Positions 29,796 to 39,982 are shown, counted from the stretch's first letter. The stretch is 64,000 nucleotides of DNA from Microcoleus sp. (GCA_042408215.1 JAYFMW010000017.1:448001-512000), one strand, 5' to 3'. Numbers and translations are program-made. Notes: generated from the sequence alone by a model not told the origin.

Positions 29796-32410
29796 TAAAT
29801 TTACTGCACCAAACTGCCAAATGTCAAGTTAAAAGACTGTTTTTAGTTTTATCAGTTTGCTTTTTCCTTGGGCCAACTGCTGCTTTTGGGCAATCCATTA
29901 CTCCCGCAACTGACGGCACCGGCACTGTCGTCACCCCTCAAGGAAATCGCATTGATATTAGCGGTGGAAAACTGTCGAGAGATGGGGCTAATCTTTTCCA
30001 CAGTTTTCAGCAATTCGGATTGAGTGAAACTCAAACTGCTAACTTTCTATCTAATCCTGCTATTCAAAATATTTTAGCACGAATAGTCGGGGGAAATGCT
30101 TCAGTAATTAATGGCTTGATTCAAGTGACGGGCGGGAATTCCAATTTATTTTTAATGAATCCTGCGGGGATTGTTTTTGGCGCTAATGCTCAGCTAAACG
30201 TGCCTGCATCCTTTACTGCGACTACTGCGAATAGTATTGGTTTTGGTGATTATTCGTTTAAGGCGATCGGCTATAATAATTATACCACTTTGCTAGGAAC
30301 GCCAAGCAATTTTAATTTTTCGGCAATTGAGTCGGCAAGTATTGTTAATCGCGGAAATTTGGCAGTGAATCCGGGGGAAAGTTTAACTTTACTCGGCGGA
30401 AATGTCACAAATACAGGTAAAGTATCGGCACCAGGAGGTCAAATTAACATTGTTTCTGTACCGGGGGCAAGTTTTGTTCGCATCAGTCAACCGGGACATT
30501 TACTGAGTTTAGAAGTAAGTAGCGAGGCGTTGAATTCTCAGACTCAGGTTGAGAAAGGGGAGAATGGGAAATCGGCTGCGAGTCTGACTGAATTGCTGAC
30601 AGGTAGAGGTGACAAAGTTAATGCTACAGGCGTTGCTGTTAATAGTGACGGCACTGTGCAGTTAACTGATTCTACTATCAGAAATGTTCCCGGAATTGGT
30701 TTGCCAGAAAATAACCGCGAGGCCGTTAAATTTACTCTAGAATCGCCTAATATGGGGAATATAAATTTGCCTCCTAACGGTAGCAATGTGGGAATTGTAC
30801 CTGTTGGGGGCGATCGCATTTCTGTCAATCCCAACATCAATCCTTCTGGCAATTCCCTACCTGCAAGTTTGGCTGGCGGCGATACAATCGTTAAAATTGA
30901 GAATTTTCCGCCACCGGGAGCACATCCCCAAGTTGGTTTGTTTAATGATATTAACCCCGACTCTAATATTAATAGACAGATTAATCTTAACAGTCCGCCA
31001 CCGCCTCATCCTAATAATATGCAGTTATTTTCTGCTCCCGGAATTGCGGGTAATCCCCCGCAGCCAAAACCGGGAAATACCACTATGCTAGCTCCTGGGT
31101 CCAGGGGCAATATTCCGGGTAAAAATGTGGATATTCCCAGAGGGGGGGCGAACCCTCCGGGCAATCTTTCAGCTATTTCTAATATCAATTACTTATTGTC
31201 TGTCGAGCAAAACCGTGCCGATCGATATTCGGCTTATTTTGGCGAGAGTTTTACCAATCAACCAATGGTGACAGAAAATATCCGCGACACTTTGAGTAAA
31301 ATTGCCTCTCAAACAAAATCGCGATCGGCAATTATTTATGTGAACTTATTTTCGGATCGATTAGAACTTTTATTATTCACACCAGATGGTGCTGCGATTA
31401 GAAAGACAGTCCCTCAAGCCGATCGCACCAGCTTGCTCACATTAGCAAAAGAATTCAGACAAGAAATCTCCAATCCTCGGAAGCGGAACACCACCAGCTA
31501 CAAAGAGTCGGCTCAGAAACTTTACGATCGGCTAATTGCACCTTTAGAAGCTGATTTGCAGAGTCAAGACATCAATACGCTGCTTTTTTCACTAGATACA
31601 GGTTTGCGAAGTCTCCCTTTAGCAGCTCTTTACGACGGCAAAAAGTTCCTAGTAGAAAAATATTCGCTCGCTCAGATCCCAACTATTTCTCTCACAGATA
31701 CTCGCTATCAATCGCTCCAAAATGCCTCTGTTTTAGCAATGGGAGCAGCCGAATTTACTAAGCTATCTCCCCTACCTGCCGTACCCGTTGAACTAGCTAA
31801 TATTGTAGATTTGTGGCCGGGAAAATCTTTTTTAAACGAGCAATTTACCCTAAACAATCTTAAATCTCAACGCAATCAACGGCACGATCAAATTATTCAT
31901 TTAGCAACTCACAGTGAATTCCAGCCGGGAGCAGCAAGCGACTCTTATATTCAACTGTGGGACGCAAAGTTGCAATTAAATCAACTCAGGCAGTTAGGAT
32001 GGAATAATCCGCCAGTGGAGTTACTGGTGCTTTCTGCTTGTCGTACAGCACTGGGAGACGAACAAACTGAATTGGGTTTTGCTGGCTTCGCATTTCAAGC
32101 GGGAGTTAAGTCTGTTTTGGCGAGTTTGTGGTATGTTTCAGATGAAGGTACTTTGGCGTTGATGAGCGAGTTTTATCAACAATTGAAAACAGCCCCAATT
32201 AAAGCAGAAGCTCTCAGACAAGCACAGATTGCTATGCTTAGGGGTGATGTCCGCATTGAACAGGGGGTATTGCGGGGCTCCTTTGCTTTCTCCTCGAAGA
32301 GGGCTGGGAGTGAGGTGCCGATTAGCCCAGAATTGGCAAGCATGGGCGATCGCAATCTTGCTCATCCCTATTATTGGGCTGCTTTCACAATGATTGGCAG
32401 TCCTTGGTAA
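29792..32410 (+). CDS. Filamentous haemagglutinin N-terminal domain plus CHAT (caspase-like) domain protein
   Basis: NLFHSFQQF, NPAGIVFG; CHAT motifs HLATHSEF, LVLSACRTA, ASLWYVSD, HPYYWAAF. The ATG at 29792 overlaps the upstream TGA. Confidence 0.9.
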   Translation: MINLLHQTAKCQVKRLFLVLSVCFFLGPTAAFGQSITPATDGTGTVVTPQGNRIDISGGKLSRDGANLFHSFQQFGLSETQTANFLSNPAIQNILARIVGGNASVINGLIQVTGGNSNLFLMNPAGIVFGANAQLNVPASFTATTANSIGFGDYSFKAIGYNNYTTLLGTPSNFNFSAIESASIVNRGNLAVNPGESLTLLGGNVTNTGKVSAPGGQINIVSVPGASFVRISQPGHLLSLEVSSEALNSQTQVEKGENGKSAASLTELLTGRGDKVNATGVAVNSDGTVQLTDSTIRNVPGIGLPENNREAVKFTLESPNMGNINLPPNGSNVGIVPVGGDRISVNPNINPSGNSLPASLAGGDTIVKIENFPPPGAHPQVGLFNDINPDSNINRQINLNSPPPPHPNNMQLFSAPGIAGNPPQPKPGNTTMLAPGSRGNIPGKNVDIPRGGANPPGNLSAISNINYLLSVEQNRADRYSAYFGESFTNQPMVTENIRDTLSKIASQTKSRSAIIYVNLFSDRLELLLFTPDGAAIRKTVPQADRTSLLTLAKEFRQEISNPRKRNTTSYKESAQKLYDRLIAPLEADLQSQDINTLLFSLDTGLRSLPLAALYDGKKFLVEKYSLAQIPTISLTDTRYQSLQNASVLAMGAAEFTKLSPLPAVPVELANIVDLWPGKSFLNEQFTLNNLKSQRNQRHDQIIHLATHSEFQPGAASDSYIQLWDAKLQLNQLRQLGWNNPPVELLVLSACRTALGDEQTELGFAGFAFQAGVKSVLASLWYVSDEGTLALMSEFYQQLKTAPIKAEALRQAQIAMLRGDVRIEQGVLRGSFAFSSKRAGSEVPISPELASMGDRNLAHPYYWAAFTMIGSPW

Positions 32411-32532
32411 ATTGTAGCCTTTCTCAGGTACATTAGGTACTCCTGGGCATGGGGCATGGGTCATGGGGCATGGGTTATTAGAACTAACAACTAACTCATG
32501 ACTTCTTCTATATTGATTTGTAATTATGAGTT

Positions 32533-34305
32533 TTGGCAATAATCACAGTGGCGATATTTAACAGACAGAAATTTGCAAAAATCGCGGTTCAGATACCTAA
32601 AAATTTAGGATGGGCGATCGCCTTTTTCAGCGGTATTTTGATGGCCTTGACAACCGCACCAGTTAATGCTTGGCTATTCGCGTGGTTCGCCTTAGTTCCC
32701 CTATGGATTCTGGTTGTCAGTTACGAACAGCGAAAAACAGAAGAAAAAACACAAAAATTTCTTTTTCTTCCCTCTTCCTTCTTGCTTCTTCCTTTACTCT
32801 GGGGAATTGGCTATCACGGATTAGCTTTATCTTGGATTATGGGAATTCACCCGATGACTTGGTTGGGGGTTCCTTGGTGGCCGAGTTTGGCGATCGCACT
32901 TTTTTGTTGGGCTTTCATCACTCTCTGGGGAGCCACATTAGTCGCCGTCTGGGCGTGGCTATTTGTAACTTTCAACTCTCTCTCTTTAGTGGGAAAAATT
33001 TCCCTTCTTGACTCCCCCCCTTTACAAGGGGGGGCTGGGGGGGGTAACTCCAAATTCTCAGCATTAATCCGCGTTTTAATTGGTACAGCTTTGTGGTGCG
33101 CCTTAGAAAGTCTTTGGAGCTCAACTCCGTTGTGGTGGACATCACTATCCTACACCCAAAGCCCGCACAATTTAGCAATTTTGCACCTGGGTCAACTCTC
33201 CGGGCCGAGTGCAGTAACAGCATCTATTGTAGCAGTAAATGGCTTAATTGCCGAAGCTTATATCGAAGGAAGTTCGGCAACGGATTCTGTAACGGATGTA
33301 ACGGATGGAATTCAACCCCCGCTTCGCTTACCCCCTTGGGCGAGGCAGAAAAAAGTAAAAGGAAATAATTGGATTTTTTATATTTTGCCTGTAAGTTTGT
33401 GTCTATTTTTGCATATTATCGGCTGGAGTTTATATAATCGCCTCTTAATTCAAGAGGCGGGAACGGCATTAAAAATAGGCATTATTCAAGGCAATATTCC
33501 GAACGAGATTAAGTTTGACTCAAAGGGCTGGCGTCGGGCTTTGGAAGGTTACACGGCTGGATACCAAAAGTTAGCAGATAGAGGTGTTGATGCTGTGCTA
33601 ACTCCAGAGACGGCTTTGCCTTTTTTCTGGACAAATGAGTATCAGCGTTCTACTCTTTCTTTTTACCAAGCGATTCTCGATCGAGGCGTTACGGCTTGGG
33701 TGGGAGGCTTTGGACAGCAAGATGATAGTATGACTAATAGCTTATTTGCGATCGACAAAACAGGAGAAATTATCAGCCGCTATGATAAACTCAAGCTAGT
33801 ACCTTTAGGCGAATATATTCCTTTTTATGAACTTTTAGGCGGGATTATTAATCGGCTTTCTCCTTTAGATGCTCATTTAGTACCGGGGAATTCTAAGCAA
33901 TTGTTTGATACGCCTTTTGGCCGTGCGATAGTCGGTATTTGTTACGATTCGGCTTTTGCTGAAATTTTCCGATATCAGGCGGCGAATGGGGGCGAATTTA
34001 TGCTCACAGCTTCCAACAATGCTCATTATAAACCACCGATGCTGGCGCAACACCATGCTCTCGATGTAATGCGGGCAATTGAGACGGATAGATGGGCGGC
34101 GATCGCCACTAATACGGGTTATTCTGCGTTTGTAAATCCTCACGGCGAAACGCTATGGATGTCTCGAATTAATACTTATGAAGTCCAAGATGCTGCTATT
34201 TATCGGCGACAAACTCAGACTTTGTATGTGCGCTGGGGCGATCGGCTGACACCTTTATTGTTAGTTTTGGCTGGATTAGCGATGTTTGTTATCAGAATTA
34301 AGTAG
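32533..34305 (+). CDS. lnt: Apolipoprotein N-acyltransferase
   Basis: IIQGNIP, TPETA, YDKLKLVPLGEYIP, ICYDS. Start codon uncertain. Confidence 0.93.
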   Translation: MAIITVAIFNRQKFAKIAVQIPKNLGWAIAFFSGILMALTTAPVNAWLFAWFALVPLWILVVSYEQRKTEEKTQKFLFLPSSFLLLPLLWGIGYHGLALSWIMGIHPMTWLGVPWWPSLAIALFCWAFITLWGATLVAVWAWLFVTFNSLSLVGKISLLDSPPLQGGAGGGNSKFSALIRVLIGTALWCALESLWSSTPLWWTSLSYTQSPHNLAILHLGQLSGPSAVTASIVAVNGLIAEAYIEGSSATDSVTDVTDGIQPPLRLPPWARQKKVKGNNWIFYILPVSLCLFLHIIGWSLYNRLLIQEAGTALKIGIIQGNIPNEIKFDSKGWRRALEGYTAGYQKLADRGVDAVLTPETALPFFWTNEYQRSTLSFYQAILDRGVTAWVGGFGQQDDSMTNSLFAIDKTGEIISRYDKLKLVPLGEYIPFYELLGGIINRLSPLDAHLVPGNSKQLFDTPFGRAIVGICYDSAFAEIFRYQAANGGEFMLTASNNAHYKPPMLAQHHALDVMRAIETDRWAAIATNTGYSAFVNPHGETLWMSRINTYEVQDAAIYRRQTQTLYVRWGDRLTPLLLVLAGLAMFVIRIK

Positions 34306-34331
34306 ACCAACCTAAAACAAACACAACACCC

Positions 34332-34364
34332 AGAACCCCGACTTATTAAAGAAGTCGGGGTTCT
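34332..34364. terminator. Hairpin between convergent lnt and bestrophin genes
   Basis: AGAACCCCGACTT-attaaag-AAGTCGGGGTTCT perfect 13-bp stem; may itself be a dispersed repeat. Confidence 0.5.
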
Positions 34365-34539
34365 AAAAGCGAGCGCGTTTTACGTTAATTAATCCCTGTA
34401 TCCGTGTCAAAATCCGTGTTCTTCCTTCTTCCTTCTTCCTTTTTCCTTCTGACTGACCTCCGTTACATCCGTTATATCCGTTAAATCCGTGGAGCAAATC
34501 CGTTTTGCCGAACTTCCTTCTGACTTCTTCCTTCGGACT

Positions 34540-35463
34540 TTACTTATCTTCGACCTGATTATGAACACTAGGAGACAAAGAAATTAAATCTTCGATATTG
34601 CGCTGAATGGTAGCACAAATATTATCCAAGGGCAAATCATTTGGATCGTGACCAAAAGGATTTTCGATTTCAATGCCAATTTCTTCGATTCCGAACAAAG
34701 TAAAACTCACTAAAGCTACTACTGGGGCTGTTCCCCAACCCAAATCTTTCACCATTTGAAATGGCAGTGCTAATGAATAAAGTAACAATAGCTGTTTTAG
34801 ATGAATCGCATAGGCTAGAGGCATAGGGGTTCTCAAAATTCGCTCGCAACCACTCAAGGCCTCAATCATGTTATTGACTAACTGATTCATCGCAGTCAGC
34901 CGATAGACATCAAGGTTATTTTTATTGTGCTGTTGGGTCAAGTAATCTGCAATCCAAAAAGCAATTTCGAGCGGGGTATTGTTCGTTTTTTTGAGAATTT
35001 CATACTGATATGGCAATACAAAATGCTCTATTTCTGAGTTAATTTTCTCTTGGCGTAGGTGCAATTTCAGTGCGATTGCAAAAGCAATTAAAAGCCGTAA
35101 AGCTGACTTTTTTTCAAGGAATTCCTCCGGCTTATTGTCGCTAATAGATACCCAGATTTGACGCGCCAAATTCCGAACTGCAATGATTAAAGTTCCCCAA
35201 ATTCTCCTACCTTCCCAAAAGCGATCGTAAGCCGTATTTGTCCGAAAAACTAATAATAAGCCGAGGACAATGCTGGGTACAACGCTAGATAAGATTGGTA
35301 AAGATACTGGAATACCCAGAGAGTACAGCAGTGAAATAAAAAAACCAAAACCAGCGCACAGTATGACGCGGGGTAAAATTGAGGGAATGACAGACCCCCG
35401 GAACTGCAAGGCAACTCTAAACCAGGGTCGTTTTTCTGCAATCATGGAAATCTCCTCTTTCAT
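34540..35463 (-). CDS. Bestrophin family ion channel (YneE-like)
   Basis: LLLVFRTNTAYDRFWEGR, ERILRTPMP, IENPFG.DPNDLPLD. Confidence 0.93.
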   Translation of the reverse strand: MKEEISMIAEKRPWFRVALQFRGSVIPSILPRVILCAGFGFFISLLYSLGIPVSLPILSSVVPSIVLGLLLVFRTNTAYDRFWEGRRIWGTLIIAVRNLARQIWVSISDNKPEEFLEKKSALRLLIAFAIALKLHLRQEKINSEIEHFVLPYQYEILKKTNNTPLEIAFWIADYLTQQHNKNNLDVYRLTAMNQLVNNMIEALSGCERILRTPMPLAYAIHLKQLLLLYSLALPFQMVKDLGWGTAPVVALVSFTLFGIEEIGIEIENPFGHDPNDLPLDNICATIQRNIEDLISLSPSVHNQVEDK

Positions 35464-35593
35464 TAAAATCAAGCATCAGGGGCTGTACAGGCTGTGTAAA
35501 TGCTTGCTATGGTTCTTTTTCGGCTCCGATTGAGTTCTGAGAGCATAGCATTTGCTGGGACTTACTATCGGGAGCAATTGTTACACTATTTGT

Positions 35594-35729
35594 GGGGTAA
35601 GGTGCGCCGAGGCGCACCCTACAGATGGCCGTCTGTGCGTAAGTCCTCATTTGTGTAAACAGGGGTAAGGTGCGCCGAGGCGCACCCTACAGATGGCCCT
35701 CTGTGCGTAAGTCCTGATTTGTGCAAACA
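35594..35729. repeat. Two 68-bp tandem units, each with a GTAAGGTGCGCCGAGGCGCACCCTAC hairpin
   Basis: Direct duplication starting at 35594 and 35662. Confidence 0.85.
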
Positions 35730-35859
35730 ATCTTTGAATTTTACCAAAAAGACTCATCTTTAGGGCAATTTTCAAATCTCAAATTTAAAATCTCAAATTG
35801 ATTAATTCCGGTGCTTAAATTAGGTAATATTAGATATGTATCTTTAAACGCAATTTTCC

Positions 35860-38148
35860 GTGCAAGATTTACCCACCTCTAATTCCTCGCATCTTCATCG
35901 GTTGCCCAACCAACGGTGGCAAATCTATTCGCCTCAACCACAGCAAGCCGATCGGTTGGCCGCAGAAATCGGTTTGTCGCCACTGTTGGCACAGGTACTG
36001 ATTAATCGGGGCATCGATACACTGACAGAAGTGCAAGGATTTGTAGAGCCAGAATCTTTGGTTTTGCCCGCGCCAATGTATGAGTTTCCAGATTTGGCGG
36101 TGAGTGTGAGATTGTTGCGGGAGGCGATTTCTCAAGGACAAAAGATTGCTATTTGTGGCGATTATGATGCTGATGGGATGACGAGCACGGCTTTGTTGCT
36201 GCGAGCTCTGAGGGCTTTGGGGGCTAATGTGGATTATGCTATTCCGAGTCGGATGCGCGAAGGTTATGGGATTAACGATCGCATTGTGGAAGAATTTCAC
36301 TCGGAAGGTGTGGCTCTGATTCTGACTGTAGATAACGGAATTGCCGCTTTTGGACCGGTGAAAAGAGCGCGAGAACTCGGTTTAAAAGTTATTATTACAG
36401 ACCATCACGACCTGCCACCACAACTACCACCGGCTGATGCAATTCTTAACCCGAAATTAATTGCTGAATCTTCGCCTTATCGCGGTTTGGCTGGAGTCGG
36501 TGTTGCTTATGTTTTGGCAATTACTTTGGCTCAAGATTTAAAGAAAGTTGGCGGTTTGGTGAATCCGCTGCTGGAGTTATTTACGTTGGGAACTATTGCG
36601 GATTTAGCGCCTTTGACTGGGGTGAATCGCCGCTGGGTGAAGCGGGGTTTGCGACTTTTGCCTCACTCGCAATTGGCAGGAGTTCAGGCTTTGATTCAGG
36701 TGGCTGGTGTGCAGCCGGGAAGTTCTGAAACTCCTTTGATTCCTAATTTTAAACTCAAGGGCGGGCACGGGGGCACCGCCCCTACAACTCAAAATTCCTT
36801 GAAACCTGAAGATATTGGTTTTCGGCTTGGGCCTAGGATTAATGCTGTGGGCAGGCTTGCTGACCCTCAAATTGTGATAGAATTGTTGACGACGGACGAT
36901 CGCGAATTGGCTCTCAAAAGGGCGCAAGAGTGCGAACAAATTAATCAGCGCCGGCAGGAGTTGTGTATTGAAATTGAACAGGAAGCGATCGCTTGGTGCG
37001 AGGAAAGTTCGCTGAATTTGCAGCAGGAACGGGTTTTAGTTGTGGTACGGCCTGGTTGGCATCACGGGGTGATTGGGATTGTGGCTTCTCGGTTGGTGGA
37101 GCGCTACGGTGTGCCTGTGTTTATTGGTACTTTTGAGGGCGGGCACGGGGGCACCGCTGAGGGCGGGCACGGGGGCACCGCTGAGGGCGGGCACGGGGGC
37201 ACCGCTGAGGGCGGGCACGGGGGCACCGCTGAGGGCGGGCACGGGGGCACCGCTGAGGGCGGGCACGGGGGCACCGCTGAGGGCGGGCACGGGGGCACCG
37301 CTGAGGGCGGGCACGGGGGCACCGCCCCTACTGATTCGCCCTCTCAAATTGTGCGGGGTTCGGCGAGGGGAATTCCTGAGTTTAATGTATTTGATGGGCT
37401 GAATTTTTGCGCGGATTTATTGACTAAATTTGGTGGACACAAAGCAGCGGGCGGTTTTTCGATGCCGGCCCAGAATCTGGAAAGATTCCGCAGTCAACTT
37501 GCGGTTTTTGCTAATCAGTGTTTGCAGCCGGAACACCTCAAGCCGCTGGTTTCAGTTGATGTTCAAGCGGATTTATCTGAGATTAATCTGGATATTTATC
37601 GACAAATTGATGCTCTGGAACCTTGCGGTATTGAAAATAAGGCTCCTGTGTTTTGGACACCGAATGTTTGTATAACTGAACAGAAAATTGTTGGGAAAGG
37701 AAACCATGTTAAACTAACTGTAAGTCAAACTGGCAAAATACCAGCAAGTTTACAGGGGATTGCTTGGCGTTGGGGTGAATATTTTCCTTTGCCTCGCCTG
37801 GTTGATATTGCTTACCGATTGCGCGAAAATACTTTTAATGGCAAGACATCGGTGCAGTTAGAGTTGTTGGGAATTAGGCTGCCGGCATCGTTGGCTAATT
37901 CTCTGCCTCTAGTGTCGGGTCAAGCTGAGTTTGATTTGGGCGATCGCACTTATGCTTGCAGTTTATCTCGATCGGGCGATTTCCAGGAATTGAGAATTCG
38001 TAACTCTCAAGGCCTAGTTTTGGCAATTCAACCTGGACAAAAAACGGGTTTATTAGGCAATAACCGGGAAAATGCTCAGGAAGTTGATGTTTCTCGGCCT
38101 TTTTTCGAGAATTTGATTCAAACGGCTTTGAGGGCGCTGGGTATTTGA
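35860..38148 (+). CDS. recJ: Single-stranded-DNA-specific exonuclease RecJ
   Basis: GDYDADG, TVDNG, TDHH, GPRINAVGRL, GSARG, FGGHKAAGG; two repeat-derived inserts. Confidence 0.96.
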   Translation: MQDLPTSNSSHLHRLPNQRWQIYSPQPQQADRLAAEIGLSPLLAQVLINRGIDTLTEVQGFVEPESLVLPAPMYEFPDLAVSVRLLREAISQGQKIAICGDYDADGMTSTALLLRALRALGANVDYAIPSRMREGYGINDRIVEEFHSEGVALILTVDNGIAAFGPVKRARELGLKVIITDHHDLPPQLPPADAILNPKLIAESSPYRGLAGVGVAYVLAITLAQDLKKVGGLVNPLLELFTLGTIADLAPLTGVNRRWVKRGLRLLPHSQLAGVQALIQVAGVQPGSSETPLIPNFKLKGGHGGTAPTTQNSLKPEDIGFRLGPRINAVGRLADPQIVIELLTTDDRELALKRAQECEQINQRRQELCIEIEQEAIAWCEESSLNLQQERVLVVVRPGWHHGVIGIVASRLVERYGVPVFIGTFEGGHGGTAEGGHGGTAEGGHGGTAEGGHGGTAEGGHGGTAEGGHGGTAEGGHGGTAEGGHGGTAPTDSPSQIVRGSARGIPEFNVFDGLNFCADLLTKFGGHKAAGGFSMPAQNLERFRSQLAVFANQCLQPEHLKPLVSVDVQADLSEINLDIYRQIDALEPCGIENKAPVFWTPNVCITEQKIVGKGNHVKLTVSQTGKIPASLQGIAWRWGEYFPLPRLVDIAYRLRENTFNGKTSVQLELLGIRLPASLANSLPLVSGQAEFDLGDRTYACSLSRSGDFQELRIRNSQGLVLAIQPGQKTGLLGNNRENAQEVDVSRPFFENLIQTALRALGI
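37135..37332 (+). repeat. In-frame 24-bp x8 tandem repeat (EGGHGGTA) in recJ
   Basis: GAGGGCGGGCACGGGGGCACCGCT units; the last ends GCCCCTAC. Confidence 0.95.
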
Positions 38149-38249
38149 GGTATCAGCCGGGAATGGGAAATTGGCGATCGAGTTTTGGGAACTCTGAATA
38201 GTTAAAAACTCAAAACTCGAAACTCTCGATCGCCCGTACTATGCTAAAA

Positions 38250-38390
38250 TTACAAGTCGCCGCCCCTTGCTGCGAGCAGAAAAATCACGATCGGACCCGA
38301 AAGCACGACTGCTGCGAGCAAAGCTACCTGAACAATGAGTTGGATGCTGACAGGGCCACCACCATTGAATAGATCCGTTATAAAGTCCAT
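38250..38390 (-). CDS. psb30: Photosystem II reaction centre protein Psb30 (Ycf12)
   Basis: Below the ORF-track cutoff. MDFITDLFNGGGPVSIQLIVQVALLAAVVLSGPIVIFLLAARGGDL*, with AGGAGG RBS. Confidence 0.9.
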   Translation of the reverse strand: MDFITDLFNGGGPVSIQLIVQVALLAAVVLSGPIVIFLLAARGGDL

Positions 38391-38660
38391 GTGTCCTCCT
38401 GACTGTAGTGAATAAGTCTAGATTGTTGAATTAGAAAATCCGCTTCTGATTTTACCGGGCGATCGACCCTATTTTTTAAGGAAGTTTACAAAATTCAATA
38501 AAACGCAAACAAAGATCGACCACATACTGACTGGGAAATGGCGACTTGACCCCCTTTCGGGGTTCTCCCTCCGACCCTGGCAATTGATATACTTGAAGGG
38601 CCCAAGTGCTGAATCATGCTCCCAAGCTCAAATCTACCATCTAAAATCTAAAATTAAACT

Positions 38661-39041
38661 ATGGCTACTTGGCGTTGCGTAAAGCAGTGCGGTGCTTGTT
38701 GTTACCTAGACCCAACAGAGCGCCCTGACTTAGACGAGTATTTGTCAAATGACGAATTAGCGCTCTACTTGAGCCTAGTAGGAGAGGACGGTTGGTGTAT
38801 AAATTTTGACCGAAAAACGCGAGAATGCGGAATTTATGCCGATCGACCGCGCTTTTGTCGGGTAGAATCGGAAGTGTTTCAGGAACTATACGGTATTGAG
38901 CCTTCGGAGTTGAACGATTTTGCGATCGACTGCTGCTTAGAGCACATTGAAGACCTCTATGGCGATCGATCCTTGGAAATGATCCGCTTCAACCAAGAAG
39001 TGGGAACAGTCGCCCATCCTCACCACCGATCGAGTAATTAG
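38661..39041 (+). CDS. YkgJ family cysteine cluster protein
   Basis: CVKQCGACC...C.NFD...CGIYADRPRFCR. Confidence 0.9.
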   Translation: MATWRCVKQCGACCYLDPTERPDLDEYLSNDELALYLSLVGEDGWCINFDRKTRECGIYADRPRFCRVESEVFQELYGIEPSELNDFAIDCCLEHIEDLYGDRSLEMIRFNQEVGTVAHPHHRSSN

Positions 39042-39144
39042 CATCTGGTTTCGAGGAATGGCGCAGCTAGATCGGAAGTTCTGCTACCAACTCGTCTCGT
39101 TACAATGAAAAAGTCAAGGAAATATCACCTAGTTGAGTTGAGTA

Positions 39145-39471
39145 ATGAGCAATCGAGAGGGTTTTACAGGGGGATTTATGGCTGGGGCTGCGGTTGGCGG
39201 CTTAGTCGGCGCAGTTTTGGGGGCGGTGCTATCGAGGCGCGCTGCTGAGGCTTTGCTGACTGAGCCCTCAGAGGCCAAAGCCTTTCAGCGAAGTAACGGG
39301 AAAGCCAGCCAACTCGATCCCGAACGCATTGAAGTAGCAAGGCTGAGTTTAGAAGATAAAATTGCCCAGCTAAATCAAGCAATAGATGACGTGCGACTAC
39401 AACTCGGCGACGTGAATGGGAACGTAAAGGTACACAACAGCGAGGGATCGAGCATCGCTAAAGACTCCTGA
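39145..39471 (+). CDS. Conserved hypothetical protein (N-terminal Gly-rich TM, C-terminal coiled coil)
   Basis: GFMAGAAVGGLVGAVLG...SLEDKIAQLNQAIDDVR, upstream of yggT. Confidence 0.8.
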   Translation: MSNREGFTGGFMAGAAVGGLVGAVLGAVLSRRAAEALLTEPSEAKAFQRSNGKASQLDPERIEVARLSLEDKIAQLNQAIDDVRLQLGDVNGNVKVHNSEGSSIAKDS

Positions 39472-39691
39472 ATCAATTTCAGATTTGAGATGCGCTGGCG
39501 GACGGCCTTCGCCTAACCGAAAGCAGCCTGGGTAGAAGCCCCCGGATTTACCCGTGGGGTCGCTTTCTTCAATTTTTCAATTCTTCAATCCAAAATCTCA
39601 AATCTCAAATCCAAAATCGATTCACTCCCCCAGGTATGCTAAACTCAAAGTCAAAGCATATCTAAACTGTACTCAAACATCAGCAAAATTT

Positions 39692-39982
39692 ATGAGTTAT
39701 TCAATAGGTCTTTTGGCTACCACGCTGGCGACATTTCTACAAATCTATCTAGTTCTGATGATTTTTAGAGTGCTGTTAAGCTGGTTTCCCAACATCAATT
39801 GGTACGACCCCCCGTTTTCGATTTTGAGTCAATTAACAGACCCTTACCTGAATCTATTCCGATCGATTATTCCCCCCTTGGGAGGGATTGACTTTTCTCC
39901 GCTGATTGCATTTTTTGTACTTCAGTTCGGCTCGGAATTCTTGATCAGTCTTTTAAGCAACTTACAACGAACACCATTTTAG
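39692..39982 (+). CDS. YggT/YlmG family membrane protein
   Basis: RVLLSWFPNINW...LTDPYLNLFRSIIPPLGGIDFSP. Start at MSYSIG. Confidence 0.92.
   Translation: MSYSIGLLATTLATFLQIYLVLMIFRVLLSWFPNINWYDPPFSILSQLTDPYLNLFRSIIPPLGGIDFSPLIAFFVLQFGSEFLISLLSNLQRTPF

Noticed and set aside
37036..37402. Alternative-frame repetitive ORFs over the recJ, NB-ARC (20371-20628), 42698-42955 and 51604-51822 repeats
   Set aside because: These are shadows of tandem repeats.
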